Below, piece by piece: positions 63,217 through 64,000 of a DNA stretch of 64,000 nucleotides (within the stretch, counting starts at the first letter, position 1; each line of letters begins with the position of its first letter). The translations under genes were made by a program, and so were the position numbers. The stretch is from Leptogorgia sarmentosa (Eukaryota). Below the pieces are notes generated by a model. That model was given only the letters and a program-made list of their open reading frames with translations. It made no database searches and was not told the DNA's origin. The DNA lies in contig OZ210885.1 of the NCBI GenBank assembly GCA_964658305.1, forward strand, positions 22,692,001-22,756,000, read 5' to 3'.

Positions 63217-63641
63217 GTTGTTTATCACACGATTTAGCGCGTGGCAATGGCGCTCGGAGTCCGGAATGCAAAGCGCCCTGGGAGTGTATGTCAAATTCGA
63301 GATTGAATTTAAAATTATATTCCTGCAGAATAAATATGTTTATGTAAGCTAGATTTTGGTGAATGTAATCGCCCAAATTGCAATCACCTTAATGGGAATA
63401 AAACTAAATTCATATGTAATCTATCTAGTACACAATATGATTAATTTGATGAAATTCGTAACGCGAATAAATGAAATTCAATGCGAATAATTTAATTCAC
63501 GATGGGAATAAATGTAATTCGCAATGTGAATAAATGTAATTTAAGCGAATTAATGCAATTTGCGATGCGAATAAATGAAATTCAATGCGAATATATTTAA
63601 TTCAATGGCAATAAAGAAATGTTCGGCGCGTCATAAAAAAC

Positions 63642-64000
63642 CTTCACCTAACACCACCTTTCGTTTGCCTAAACTAAAGGGGTTCAGAATTGCCCATTTA
63701 AATATCGGTAGTTTGATAAAACATTTTGATGAACTTTTAATTTATATGCATGACAAACCCTTTGATATTTTGACACTTAACGAAACTCGACTCGATGATA
63801 GCATACTGAACTCTGAGATCAAAATCTCAGGATATGACATTGTTAGACGTGACAGAAACAGAAACGGCGGGGGTGTCGCAATGTACATCCGAAGTTGTAT
63901 AGCATTTACTAACCGGAATGATCTAGTTCCTGAGTCACTTGAACAAATCTGTGTTGAAATCAACAAACCTAAGAGCAAGCCGTTCTTAGTCTCCTCTTGG
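63642..64000 (+). mobile_element. CR1/L2-group LINE ORF2 start (APE endonuclease), running off the window; probably the target of the IS3EU insertion
   Basis: Manual translation from 63665: 'LPKLKGFRIAHLNIGSL...DILTLNETRL...GYDIVRRDRNRNGGGVAMYI'. Confidence 0.9.

Larger units (their letters stand above)
57923..63635. mobile_element. Complete IS3EU-type DNA transposon, 5.7 kb
   Basis: TIR of about 53 bp, TATGACGCGCCGAACATTTCTTTATTGCC... with TAT..ATA ends. 6-bp TSD AAAAAC at 57917-57922 and 63636-63641. Subterminal repeats of about 22 bp. Confidence 0.9.

Overview
Eukaryotic DNA with spliceosomal introns and snRNA genes. The repeat types suggest a cnidarian such as a stony coral (inference only). 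I found no ordinary host protein gene: the window is nested transposable elements. The most notable part (about 4.5-21.3 kb) is a remnant of a minus-strand U2-U1-U2-U1 snRNA tandem array in which all four genes are broken by different elements. (i) An RT-bearing Tx1-clade LINE and a separate ORF1-only element both end at the same U2 position (nt 21/22). Both carry an AUUGCAC hairpin loop, like the U1A/U2B'' binding site, about 40-50 nt from their 3' ends. (ii) A 9.3-kb Mutator-like element with a 10-bp TSD sits in U1 stem-loop I. (iii) A structured non-coding element with a Tx1-like tail is fused after U1 nt 17. The rest holds a Harbinger inside a hAT inside a Tc1-like shell, a PHD-OTU (vertnin-like) element, two IS3EU-type elements (one with a HECT gene), a FLYWCH-MULE, and a KDZ transposase gene whose intron holds an apparently intact hAT and an AcademH with a nested AcademH derivative. 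There is also a PIF1/Ulp1/USP Helitron-like remnant and two LINE fragments. All calls come from reading motifs by eye; no database searches were run.
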